From a virus, in the IMG/VR virus record IMGVR_UViG_3300032294_002055, positions 7,878 through 71,877 of that record: 64,000 nt of DNA; one strand, given 5' to 3'. The notes under the pieces were generated by a model. That model saw only the letters and a list, made by a program, of their open reading frames with translations. It was not told the origin of the DNA and did no database searches. Both the position numbers and the translations under genes were made by a program. Shown here piece after piece: positions 42,828-52,135 of the stretch (positions are counted from its first letter, which is position 1; every line of letters begins with the position of its first letter).

Positions 42828-43463
42828 TTATGTAATATAAGGATCTACCAGATAAGGGCGTCCTTGCGGCGAAAACATAATATTTCCTGATCCTGCAATA
42901 TCGCTTATATTAACAGGTCCTTTAGCAGTCTGCATAGTTGCAGTATTTGGTAACCCGCCTGCTCTAAAACTTTGGTATTTTTTAGCGGCAGGTATAGAAA
43001 CTCTCTCCGGGTTCAGTGTAGATTTTTGAAATCTCTGTACAAAGTCTAGCCACTGTTTTTTATTACTAGAAGGTAGTGATAAAATTTCTTTTAGAATATT
43101 ACCTGTAGGAGGTATTGGATTCAATCTTGGAATAGCATAACCTCTTCCACCTCTAATTACAGATAGAATATTCGGGAAGATATCCGAAGATGAAAATAGG
43201 TTTTCTATAGCCTTAATTCTTTTCTCATTAATAGGCGATGCCTTAGATGAAATTAATTTTAATGCTGAAGGACCTTGTCCTCCAGTAAAGCTTTCATAAA
43301 CTCGCCCTTCTCCACCAGCGCCAAGCATCTTCGGTTTCCCGGATATGTCTTTTAATAATCTTGTTTTATTAACAGGAAGAGCAGCGATTAGTTTCTCTAT
43401 ACTCTGTGGCGACATTCCTTTAGCCAAAGCACGAACCCAAGCAGGTGATGCCTGTTTATTCAT
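42828..43463 (-). CDS. protein kinase-like protein
   Basis: Gly loop LGAGGEGRVY, SALKL lysine, catalytic-loop-like SDIAGSGNIM, DFG-equivalent LVDP; likely start MNKQAS at 43463. Confidence 0.7.
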   Translation of the reverse strand: MNKQASPAWVRALAKGMSPQSIEKLIAALPVNKTRLLKDISGKPKMLGAGGEGRVYESFTGGQGPSALKLISSKASPINEKRIKAIENLFSSSDIFPNILSVIRGGRGYAIPRLNPIPPTGNILKEILSLPSSNKKQWLDFVQRFQKSTLNPERVSIPAAKKYQSFRAGGLPNTATMQTAKGPVNISDIAGSGNIMFSPQGRPYLVDPYIT

Positions 43464-43523
43464 ACCGCTAATTAAATTTATTTTATTTTTATTCACACAA
43501 ATACAATAAACCATTAAAACAAC

Positions 43524-43739
43524 ATGACAATTGTAAAAGCACGCATTACAGAACAACCTAAATCGATGTTTGATCCCATGCCCGAAGTATGGGTTACATA
43601 TGAAGATGGAGAAGAAGAAAAGCTCTTCTCTTATTATCCAGATGAGATTTCATTTGATGCCTCTGAATTTGTAGGCTTAACAAGAGAACAAGCAATGAGT
43701 CTGTATACTAAAAAAGATGTAGCGTATCTGAGGTCCTAA
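43524..43739 (+). CDS. small hypothetical phage protein
   Basis: 71 aa, LFSYYPDEISF motif. Confidence 0.55.
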   Translation: MTIVKARITEQPKSMFDPMPEVWVTYEDGEEEKLFSYYPDEISFDASEFVGLTREQAMSLYTKKDVAYLRS

Positions 43740-43740
43740 T

Positions 43741-43947
43741 ATGATTAAAAAAACTAAATTGCTATGGGCGTTTGAACGCGCTAGTGAAGCTCGCCCTGAA
43801 AAAGATATTGTATACCGTGTTGAAGATTGGCTTGGTATGTGGACGCCGATTATAAACAGAGCAGGATTAATTTTATCTTTAAGCGATCCTTATGGAAAAA
43901 AACAAGAAGCTAAGAAAATATGTGAGGCGCATTATCAAACACACTAG
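43741..43947 (+). CDS. hypothetical protein
   Basis: 68-aa ORF packed against the previous gene. Confidence 0.45.
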   Translation: MIKKTKLLWAFERASEARPEKDIVYRVEDWLGMWTPIINRAGLILSLSDPYGKKQEAKKICEAHYQTH

Positions 43948-44012
43948 CTGTAGAAACAACTATATAAAAAATAAAATAGATAAAGATAAATGTAAAAATC
44001 TAGAAGACACGC

Positions 44013-45155
44013 ATGATTAAAATTATTCACACCGCCGACTGGCATCTGCGCGATATGCAGTTTGGCAAAACCGCTCGCGCTCAAGACTTCACTGACTCAG
44101 TGTTCCGTATTGTGGACATTGCCGTTGAAAATGAAGTTGATTATATTTTATGTGCTGGAGATATCCTAAACTCCAAGCGTCCTAGCAGTAGAAATATTGC
44201 AGACTTGATTCGCCTGAACCAGAAGCTTCTGGCAAATAAAGTTAAGCTATTTGTTATCACTGGTAACCACGACAAATGCCATCCTTCCTGGATTAAAGTA
44301 TTGCAGGAAGAAATGCAGGAGAATGGTCAATGCGCTATTTATGATATCGATTTCCAGCTTAAGCGTATTCAAAGCCGAGACGGTAATTACTATACAATCT
44401 ATGGTGTGCCTGATATGGCTCCGGATGATTTCCGGGAGAAGAGCGTGGATTTTCCTGAAGCTGACTTCATGATGTTCCATGCGCTAATCAAGGACTTTGC
44501 AGCATTTGATGCTGGTGACAAAGTTCTCAAGGTCAGTGACCTACCATCAGATAAGTACAAAGCTATTCTACTTGGCGACATCCATGTTCATAAATACATT
44601 GATCTGGAAAACTGTGTAGTCGGTTATCCCGGCTCTACTGAGTTGTGCTCGCGTAATGAGAGTGTAAATAAATATGTAACGCTATTTACGTTGCAGGATA
44701 ATGGTACTCTGGAAAGAGAATCCATTCCTCTGAAACTGAATAAGCCTATCATTGCTGAGGATGTGCATACTGTTGAAGAAGCTAATTCTTTGCTTATTAA
44801 AATTAATGAGCTAAAGGATCAGTATCCAACTATTCTGGTGCGTAAAGATCCTTCATTTACAGATCTGTATATGCGTATTGCTCGCATTGTAGACACTAGT
44901 AAATGTATTATCCGTGTCACCAATTTACAGCCCGCTGGGTTTAAACTTATTAATATTGTCAGTCGTAGAACTGATAATCCTGTAGGTAAACAACCTGTAG
45001 ATTTTGTATCTGACTATTTCCCAAATGGTTCTGATATATTTGAATTAGCCCAGGCTCTTTGTGACCCCCAGGCAGCTGCTCCTCATCTGATTGAAAACTT
45101 CATAGACAAACGACTATATGCGAATCAAAAACCTGCTGATAAAAAATTTGGGTAA
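44013..45155 (+). CDS. sbcD: SbcD/Mre11 nuclease
   Basis: HTADWH, AGDI, TGNHD, LGDIH and YPGS phosphoesterase motifs. Confidence 0.9.
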   Translation: MIKIIHTADWHLRDMQFGKTARAQDFTDSVFRIVDIAVENEVDYILCAGDILNSKRPSSRNIADLIRLNQKLLANKVKLFVITGNHDKCHPSWIKVLQEEMQENGQCAIYDIDFQLKRIQSRDGNYYTIYGVPDMAPDDFREKSVDFPEADFMMFHALIKDFAAFDAGDKVLKVSDLPSDKYKAILLGDIHVHKYIDLENCVVGYPGSTELCSRNESVNKYVTLFTLQDNGTLERESIPLKLNKPIIAEDVHTVEEANSLLIKINELKDQYPTILVRKDPSFTDLYMRIARIVDTSKCIIRVTNLQPAGFKLINIVSRRTDNPVGKQPVDFVSDYFPNGSDIFELAQALCDPQAAAPHLIENFIDKRLYANQKPADKKFG

Positions 45156-47655
45156 ACACAAACATCTGGAGGCAACTCTAGATGGGTCTGTTGTAGGATT
45201 GATGGGACCTAATGGTTCAGGTAAATCCACCATTCTTAAATTAATTCATTTCCTGATTACTGGCTGGACACCCGCCAAGGAAACACAGGAATCATTTATC
45301 CGTAAAGTAGATCCAGACCTGGAAGTTGAACCTGCGTTTGGTTTAGCTGAAATGGAATTCTCTGCACAGGGAAACACATATAGGATTAGTCGCAAGATTG
45401 GATCTCCCTCTTCTAGAAAGCTTGCTAAGCTCGACAGTAAGGGAGCCGAAATCAAAGAAGACACCTATACTCGGGCAGATGAAATTCAGGCTACTTTAAC
45501 TGATATTCTTGGTGCAGATAAATATGCTATTGATAATGCAGTGTTCCCGGAGCAGGGTGCCTTGGATAAAATCCTATTTGGCTCCCAGGCAGAACGTGAG
45601 GAGTTGTTGGTAAAACTTCTCCTACTTGGACACATGCAGAAGGTAGCAGATGTAGCTGCAGGTAAGATTAAAATACTAGGCTCTGAGATCCAGGACTTCT
45701 CGACTTTGCACGATGAGTTACAGGCATCTAGAAATAGCGCAGAAGTAGATCTAGCTAATGCTGAAGAACAGCTGATGCGTACTCGCAGTTATGATGCAGA
45801 AATTAAACTGTATGAAGACTGGGAGCGTGCAGTTAATGAGCTGACATCTAATTCATCTCATCTGCTTAATGCTAAAAATGCTGCGCGTGTAAATGATGAA
45901 AAAGCTAAAGCTACGTTGGACGAACAAGCTTCCAAACTTGGTTTAGTTTTGAAATCACCAGATGAGTTGGGCGACTGGATTGAGAAGCTTAAAAATAAAA
46001 TTAAAGCTACACGCCAGACGGTGACCACACTGCAGGATACCAAAAGTAAAGCTGTGCAGTACAAGAGCATCAAGGAACGCGTAGATAATTATAATAATGA
46101 TCTTACACAGCTCAAAGCTGATTGCCCTGCTGCTGTAGACCCTAACTTGATTTCTGCTCTTGATATGGGAATCCGGGAGCAGCAGAATCGAGAACATTAC
46201 AGATCACAGATCGCTGATGCTACTACCAAAGGTAAGGAAACTCGAGACAAGATTGATAGACTTACCGAAATTGTTAATGAGCTATCCGCTGAGTTGAAGG
46301 ATGTCGAAGATAAAGAACAGGTCTTATCTAATGAGAGATCATTGTTCAAAACTATCACCGATACCTGTAAGCTTGCGCTAGACAGTGGCTGTACTGCTGA
46401 TTGTCCTGTATGTGGCGAAAATGTATCTCATGAAAAACTGAGGTCCAGATTCGAAACATACAATACAAAACTAATGGAAGCTTCCAATAAGCTACGCGAT
46501 ATTGGTGCTATTCACGCTCAGACGAGTAAACAGCTGCGTGAAATGCAGCATGACCTTACTCAACGGCAGACGTTACTGACTGTTTATATTAAACAGTATA
46601 AAGATAACAAAGCATTACTTGATGCTGGTGAAGATCAGGATGTGCAGGCTCTAAAAGCTGAGTTTACACGTCTAAATAATATCAATGCTAAGCGTGCTTC
46701 TGATATCAAAAATATAGAGAAGATTGAATATGAAATTAAGAAATTAGAATTTGCTCTTCAAGGTTACACCGAAGAAGAAGTTAAAAGTTTCAATGAGTTA
46801 GACCTTACCGCTTTGGATAAAGAGGTAGTTGAACTCAATGATAAGGTCGAGCAATGGAGCTCTAAGCTGGATGAGTTGTCTAAAACTTATATGACGATCA
46901 ACCAACTTATTTCAGCTAGAGAAACGGAGATTAAACGCTCCGAGGAATTTGCTGCTGCATGTGAAAGCTTCGCTCTAAAAAGGGATGCAATCTTTGATTC
47001 TTTTCCGCCGCAACTAAAGCACTTAGTTGAGCAAGGGGGTGAGATAAAAGACACTCTGATAGAGAACAATAAAATATTTAATCAACTGGAAGCAAAAGCT
47101 GCACAGCTTAAAGTCCAAGCCAATGGTATACGTAAACGGTTACGTGAAATTGAGGAAAAGATAAAACTAGATGCAGAGAAGCGTGCTGTTATTCAAGAGT
47201 TACAGCGCGTGGTACATGCATTCTCAAGACAAGGTATTCCCATGTCTTATGTTCAACATAAGTTTGATAGCCTTGTTAGTATGACTCAGGACAATCTGGA
47301 AATCATGGATGCGAACTTCGCTATTATTCCGCATCCAGCGAAGCCAGTGAGTCTGCAGTTCTACCGCGTAGATGAACCGGGCCAGGTATTGTTCGATCAT
47401 GACAAACTGTCAGGCGGTCAGAAGGTTAGGCTATCTATTGCCTTCCTTCTTGCTGTTCAGCAGCTAGTTATCCCCGATCTGGGCTTCTTAGTATTAGATG
47501 AGCCTTCTACCCATTTGGACGAGGAGGCTAGAGAAAATTTAAAAGAGCTCTTGCTTAATCTGAATCAACAGCTAGAAAGTACGGATACTCAAATTCTCGT
47601 CTGCGATCATGCTAGAGAACTGGAACCTGCTTTTGTAAATGTAATTCAACTATGA
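45118..47655 (+). CDS. sbcC: SbcC/Rad50 ATPase
   Basis: GPNGSGKST, coiled coil, Zn hook CPVC, LSGGQ signature, LVLDEPSTHLD. Confidence 0.95.
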   Translation: MRIKNLLIKNLGKHKHLEATLDGSVVGLMGPNGSGKSTILKLIHFLITGWTPAKETQESFIRKVDPDLEVEPAFGLAEMEFSAQGNTYRISRKIGSPSSRKLAKLDSKGAEIKEDTYTRADEIQATLTDILGADKYAIDNAVFPEQGALDKILFGSQAEREELLVKLLLLGHMQKVADVAAGKIKILGSEIQDFSTLHDELQASRNSAEVDLANAEEQLMRTRSYDAEIKLYEDWERAVNELTSNSSHLLNAKNAARVNDEKAKATLDEQASKLGLVLKSPDELGDWIEKLKNKIKATRQTVTTLQDTKSKAVQYKSIKERVDNYNNDLTQLKADCPAAVDPNLISALDMGIREQQNREHYRSQIADATTKGKETRDKIDRLTEIVNELSAELKDVEDKEQVLSNERSLFKTITDTCKLALDSGCTADCPVCGENVSHEKLRSRFETYNTKLMEASNKLRDIGAIHAQTSKQLREMQHDLTQRQTLLTVYIKQYKDNKALLDAGEDQDVQALKAEFTRLNNINAKRASDIKNIEKIEYEIKKLEFALQGYTEEEVKSFNELDLTALDKEVVELNDKVEQWSSKLDELSKTYMTINQLISARETEIKRSEEFAAACESFALKRDAIFDSFPPQLKHLVEQGGEIKDTLIENNKIFNQLEAKAAQLKVQANGIRKRLREIEEKIKLDAEKRAVIQELQRVVHAFSRQGIPMSYVQHKFDSLVSMTQDNLEIMDANFAIIPHPAKPVSLQFYRVDEPGQVLFDHDKLSGGQKVRLSIAFLLAVQQLVIPDLGFLVLDEPSTHLDEEARENLKELLLNLNQQLESTDTQILVCDHARELEPAFVNVIQL

Positions 47656-48134
47656 GTGATGTAGCTACTCTGTATAATGTGAAGATCAAACTGACTTCTT
47701 CATGGCTGGGCAATCAAAGAACTCGAGAAAACGTACGTCGTTTTCGCCGGGATCGAGATGGTAAACTTGCTGTAGATATGGCTCAATGGAGCTGGACCTT
47801 TCAGCAAGCTGCCGAAGCTTTGCATATGTCAGACATTGATACGGATACTATTCGTCCACAGATGAATATCGATCCTCCATCTTTAGTTTTATACAGACGT
47901 AACTACACTCACAAAAATAAGCAGCAGCACGAAATGTTTGAAGCCATTCGCGAAAACTGTGTTTTAACAATCAAAGTTTTAGTGACGGCTACAGACAAGC
48001 AAGATAAGTTTGCTCCAGATCTGGCTAGGCTCAGAGACATATTCAAATTCACTGGTATGTTTCTGGGTCTCAGCCCTTGGGGCGGTCAATACGGCTATGG
48101 TCGTTTTGATGTAGAAGACATAACCCCATTGTAA
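47652..48134 (+). CDS. stand-alone RAMP (Cas7/Csm3-like) protein, tentative
   Basis: N-terminal VKIKLTSSWLG, central FEAI, C-terminal Gly-rich loop GMFLGLSPWGGQYGYGRFDV. Confidence 0.55.
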   Translation: MSDVATLYNVKIKLTSSWLGNQRTRENVRRFRRDRDGKLAVDMAQWSWTFQQAAEALHMSDIDTDTIRPQMNIDPPSLVLYRRNYTHKNKQQHEMFEAIRENCVLTIKVLVTATDKQDKFAPDLARLRDIFKFTGMFLGLSPWGGQYGYGRFDVEDITPL

Positions 48135-48158
48135 AACAACAAACATTAAAATAATATT

Positions 48159-48455
48159 ATGGCAGAAAAATCTCTAGATGTAACTTCAATAGCAGACGCT
48201 CAACAAAAAGTCTCAGACATACAAGTCGTAGGTAATGGTGATTTATTTAAGGTGCTGTGCAAGGCCTCGTCCAAATCTCAAGGCTGGATGAAGTCTACAA
48301 AAGCTATGCAGTTGTATAACGGTTGTGTGGTGCAAGTCACTACACAGCAAGGCGACAATGTAGCGGAGGCACTAACCTTTGTTCCTGATGTGTACATCGT
48401 TCCTGACGTGAACGGAGGTCACAGGCTTATGGTAAAAGGAGAAGAGTACCTTTAA
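48159..48455 (+). CDS. hypothetical phage protein
   Basis: 98-aa ORF with an A-rich leader. Confidence 0.6.
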   Translation: MAEKSLDVTSIADAQQKVSDIQVVGNGDLFKVLCKASSKSQGWMKSTKAMQLYNGCVVQVTTQQGDNVAEALTFVPDVYIVPDVNGGHRLMVKGEEYL

Positions 48456-48486
48456 GCTTATTTGTAAGCAGTAATGTTTAATTCAA

Positions 48487-48526
48487 ATATAATACGGGAT
48501 AGTAATATGTCCCGTATTATATTTTA
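48487..48526. terminator. AT-rich hairpin, probable terminator
   Basis: AATATAATACGGGATA-GTAATA-TGTCCCGTATTATATT followed by TTATT. Confidence 0.7.
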
Positions 48527-48593
48527 TTATGTGATGAAATCAGACCTCTTTAATTTACTTATCAGAAATAATAAATTTGAATGAGACAATGAA

Positions 48594-48938
48594 ATGACAC
48601 AAGAAGAAAAAAATATCAAACTAGCTGAGGCCGATGGTTGGAAACTGGAGTGGAGAACCATCAGAGGTAAGCGAGTTAGGCGCGCAGTCAAAAAGGCTCC
48701 AGGCGTAGTATATCAAAGAGAAACTTTCTTTAACTACTTTGAAGATTTGAATGCGGTGCATGAGTTGTGGCTATCATTACCAAGAGTAAGTCGAATACTA
48801 GTTGTAGCTAACTTAGCAGACATGCTCGGCCTACCAAAAGGCGAAGAAGACGAAATCGGTGAATTGGAGGAAGCATTATTTTCCGCCACCGCCGCGCAAC
48901 GCGCCGAAGCAATAGGTAAAACTTTAAAACTATGGTAA
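48594..48938 (+). CDS. phage ABA-sandwich-like protein, paralog 1
   Basis: LAEADGW...NYFEDLNAVHEL...ATAAQRAEA. Confidence 0.55.
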   Translation: MTQEEKNIKLAEADGWKLEWRTIRGKRVRRAVKKAPGVVYQRETFFNYFEDLNAVHELWLSLPRVSRILVVANLADMLGLPKGEEDEIGELEEALFSATAAQRAEAIGKTLKLW

Positions 48939-49376
48939 ACTATGAAACAGGAAGAAAAAAATATCTTACTTGCTAAGGCCGATGGCTGGCGACTTCGCTG
49001 GCAAAACAGAGGTGGTGGTGATTTATTCGATGAAAAACCAGATGGGCATGCCTGGCAAGTTTGGACACCGCCTCAAAAATGGTGGGATACCCTCGCTGGA
49101 AAAACGGCAATACGAACTGGTGATTTTTCTATTTGCGCTCCACCTAATTATTTTGAAGATTTGAATGCAGTACATGAGTTGGAGGAGCTGGTTTGGATTG
49201 ATCGATATCGTTACGACTACAACAATAATCTTGACCGTGTGGTTGGCGCAACTCCAGTAAAAGGCCACGAAAGTAAGGTCGGACCTTGGTTTTATGAAGG
49301 TACTAAAGCACGTCGTGCCACCGCAGCCGAACGCGCCGAAGCAATAGGTAAAACTTTAAAACTATGGTAAACTATG
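48898..49376 (+). repeat. 47-bp exact direct repeat (48898-48944 = 49330-49376)
   Basis: AACGCGCCGAAGCAATAGGTAAAACTTTAAAACTATGGTAAACTATG. Confidence 0.95.
48942..49370 (+). CDS. phage ABA-sandwich-like protein, paralog 2
   Basis: Same three conserved blocks as paralog 1. Confidence 0.55.
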   Translation: MKQEEKNILLAKADGWRLRWQNRGGGDLFDEKPDGHAWQVWTPPQKWWDTLAGKTAIRTGDFSICAPPNYFEDLNAVHELEELVWIDRYRYDYNNNLDRVVGATPVKGHESKVGPWFYEGTKARRATAAERAEAIGKTLKLW

Positions 49377-49523
49377 TTTGAAGGATTTGATACAGGCTCA
49401 CCATGGGGCGATGAAGACGGGCAACCAGAACCACCGCCTCCTCCTTGGTATATTCAAATTCTAATTTTGATTACAGTAGCTGCAATTATTTGGGCTATTT
49501 ACGAAGGTATTAAAAGTTTATAA
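49374..49523 (+). CDS. 49-aa single-pass membrane protein (not in ORF track)
   Basis: MFEGFDTGSPWGDEDGQPEPPPPPWYIQILILITVAAIIWAIYEGIKSL fills the gap between neighbours exactly. Confidence 0.65.
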   Translation: MFEGFDTGSPWGDEDGQPEPPPPPWYIQILILITVAAIIWAIYEGIKSL

Positions 49524-49525
49524 TA

Positions 49526-50965
49526 ATGAGTAAAGAAGTACATCTCATGTGGGATGATTCTGTACTGACTATTGCCCCGTCCAGCCCTGCGCTGGAAAAG
49601 TTTCTAACTTATCGGGAAAAGACGTTGGCTCAGGATCCAAAATGCCCATGGAAAAAAGTTACCAAGGTAACTGTAAATCCTTTATATAAAGTCGTCAGCC
49701 AGCAGAATGGATACAATGTTATCCAAACCATGCAGGGCATGTGGCTTAAAGTAAAAACATTTCTAGAGACGAATGGATGGGATGTAAAGTTCTATGACAT
49801 GCGCATAGCCTTCCCTAAACCTCGTTTAGATTTAATGTGTGGTTTCAGGTTTAAGCAGCAGGAATTGCTGACTTCATTTTTGAACACCAACTGCAGCGGC
49901 TTACTTGGTGCGCCCACGCGGTACGGAAAAACGACATTAATTAAAAATACATTAAGAGCATTTCCAAATGTTCACACTGTAGTCACTGCTCCCGGTGCAG
50001 ATCTAGTTAAACAGCTTTATGAGGATGTTAAAGAAGCACTCCCGCATAGAGAGGTTAAACTTATTGGCGCAGGTTCAAATAAGAGTCCATGCGATGACAT
50101 CAATGTCGTTAGCATGGATAGCTTACATAAGTGTGACGCTGCTGCTTGTAAATTATTATTGATTGATGAGCCGCATGCATGTGTCACAGACAGTCGTTTA
50201 CCTGAACTGACTAAGTTTGATAAGGCACGTCGCATTGGCTATGGCGCTACACTTAAAGGTAGATTCGATCAACGCGACATTCTAATTGAAGCTTTGATTG
50301 GTCCCGTAATTGCAGAACGCACATTCCAAGAAGCTGTAGCTGAAGGTGCTGTGTGTCCTCTAATTGTATACATGATTGTCATACCTTTAACTGGTCATGC
50401 CGATGATCGTGATCGCGCGTACAAGGCGCATTTATTTAAAGGCGAGCGTGTAGCAAAAGCTGTGCGTTGGATTTGTCATGAACTTCTTCCTCAGGACTGG
50501 CAGACTCTGCTTTTTATTAAAAATGAAGAACAGGCTGAATACTTTTTAGATTGGGTTGGGCAGGATGGCACTATTGCCATGGCCAAACGCATGACTAAAA
50601 CAGAGCGAGAAGAGCTCATGGAGAGAATGCGTGGTGATGAAATTAAACGCTGCCTGGCTAGCGAAATCTATGCGCAGGGCGTTACATTCAATCATGTCCG
50701 TTCTCTTATTAACCTGAGTGGCGGAGGAGCGAATACATCTACAATTCAGAAACCTGGCAGACTTGCAGAAGTTCGTCCAGATAAGAAGTGTGGCGTAGTA
50801 TTCGATTTCTTCTTTACCCCGGGAACTGGGAAGGGTGGCGGTATACAAGCTTTATACAGAGAGTCTATGGCTCGAGTTAAAGCTTATACTGAAAAAGGTT
50901 ATGAGATTATTTTCGTAGACAGTTATAATGAGCTTGAGTCTTCGTTTAAGACTAAAGCTATATGA
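49526..50965 (+). CDS. superfamily 2 helicase (UvsW-like)
   Basis: APTRYGKT, LLIDEPH, GAT and IQKPGRL motifs. Confidence 0.85.
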   Translation: MSKEVHLMWDDSVLTIAPSSPALEKFLTYREKTLAQDPKCPWKKVTKVTVNPLYKVVSQQNGYNVIQTMQGMWLKVKTFLETNGWDVKFYDMRIAFPKPRLDLMCGFRFKQQELLTSFLNTNCSGLLGAPTRYGKTTLIKNTLRAFPNVHTVVTAPGADLVKQLYEDVKEALPHREVKLIGAGSNKSPCDDINVVSMDSLHKCDAAACKLLLIDEPHACVTDSRLPELTKFDKARRIGYGATLKGRFDQRDILIEALIGPVIAERTFQEAVAEGAVCPLIVYMIVIPLTGHADDRDRAYKAHLFKGERVAKAVRWICHELLPQDWQTLLFIKNEEQAEYFLDWVGQDGTIAMAKRMTKTEREELMERMRGDEIKRCLASEIYAQGVTFNHVRSLINLSGGGANTSTIQKPGRLAEVRPDKKCGVVFDFFFTPGTGKGGGIQALYRESMARVKAYTEKGYEIIFVDSYNELESSFKTKAI

Positions 50966-51309
50966 ACATGTCGCATAAAAGATTCAATATGATTCATCTG
51001 TTACGCAACCTCGCTAGATTTTTTACTAGCTATCAAATAGCTTTACCTTGGAAGATAGGAGACACAGTCGTCGATGACCTGACAATGACCTTGGCTAAAA
51101 TTCAAGGTATTGAATGGTCAGAGGGAAAAGTTATTGATTCCAAAGGACGCAGGCAGCATTATTCTGGCTGCGTAGTCCTATGGTTAGACAATGATTATCT
51201 TGACGGAGGTCGTCATCCATGGGAAGTAAGTGACCCACTATCAACTGAGGAAATATCTAAATGGGACGTATCTCTAAAAAATTACAGGAAGAAAAGCCAA
51301 GGTGGTTAA
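50962..51309 (+). CDS. hypothetical protein
   Basis: ATGA-coupled ORF. Confidence 0.5.
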   Translation: MNMSHKRFNMIHLLRNLARFFTSYQIALPWKIGDTVVDDLTMTLAKIQGIEWSEGKVIDSKGRRQHYSGCVVLWLDNDYLDGGRHPWEVSDPLSTEEISKWDVSLKNYRKKSQGG

Positions 51310-51497
51310 TGACCCCTGAAGAGTTGGATCATGCTGATGGCTGGTTCATCTATCGTAGGTTTAAAAATAAAACAGAAATGGCTGTCTTTGTTAATGATCC
51401 TGGCAACATCGTTGACTTAGACCATCGCTATCCTATAGAAAATTATAGACGTAAATTAGATATAGATAAGCACTACATTGCACTACTGAGACGTTAA
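51309..51497 (+). CDS. hypothetical protein
   Basis: TAATG-coupled at both ends (start 51309). Confidence 0.5.
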   Translation: MTPEELDHADGWFIYRRFKNKTEMAVFVNDPGNIVDLDHRYPIENYRRKLDIDKHYIALLRR

Positions 51498-52135
51498 TGA
51501 ACGATGATCGCCTAGACGCTGTTGCTAGAGAAATTCGTAGCCATTACATAGAGAGAAAGCGTGCATTATACAACGACACCTACAAGGTGAAAGCTGGTGA
51601 CTTTGTTCACTGGCAAAAAGCTGCAAGACTATGCGAGGAGTTAAAAGCTGCTCCAGAAGTATTTGTAGATGCTGCCTTTTCTCAATGTCGGTCTACGCTT
51701 GGTCCTTTTCCAAATGCGATGTATGGGCCTGCATGCCGTAACTGGTACACAGCCCATACCGCAGCACGAAAGGCTTATAGACAAGCTAAAGATGCCGCAG
51801 AATTAGCAGGGAGAGATCCCATGTTTGATGCTGAGTCAGATAGTAGCGTTGTCGATTTAAAATATGAAATTGATTTTGTTGAGCGCTCTTTAATTAGGTT
51901 AACCGGGACTAAACAAATTAATGCTGTCACTATTGAATACTTGAACAGCTTGACCACAAGCTACCCAGCACACATTCGTGTTTTGCTTGGGAATGGTAAT
52001 GATAAGATAAAATTATTCTTCGGAAAAGATGCCTTAGATTTTTACAACACAAGGCCGCATATGTATCGCGCAGCCCAAACCCTTGGTTATCCAATTAGAG
52101 ATATTTTGATATGGCTAAGTGCTCGAAACAATTAG
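51497..52135 (+). CDS. hypothetical protein upstream of helicase
   Basis: 212-aa coupled ORF. Confidence 0.55.
   Translation: MNDDRLDAVAREIRSHYIERKRALYNDTYKVKAGDFVHWQKAARLCEELKAAPEVFVDAAFSQCRSTLGPFPNAMYGPACRNWYTAHTAARKAYRQAKDAAELAGRDPMFDAESDSSVVDLKYEIDFVERSLIRLTGTKQINAVTIEYLNSLTTSYPAHIRVLLGNGNDKIKLFFGKDALDFYNTRPHMYRAAQTLGYPIRDILIWLSARNN

Noticed and set aside
43464-43556. N-terminal extension of the kinase ORF given in the track
   Set aside because: Overlaps the divergent gene at 43524 and crosses an AT-rich intergenic tract; ATG at 43463 is more plausible
47652-49400. CRISPR array or short-period guide repeat array near the RAMP-like gene
   Set aside because: The only repeats found are two coding 47-bp copies 432 bp apart; no repeat-spacer periodicity was seen by eye anywhere in the window
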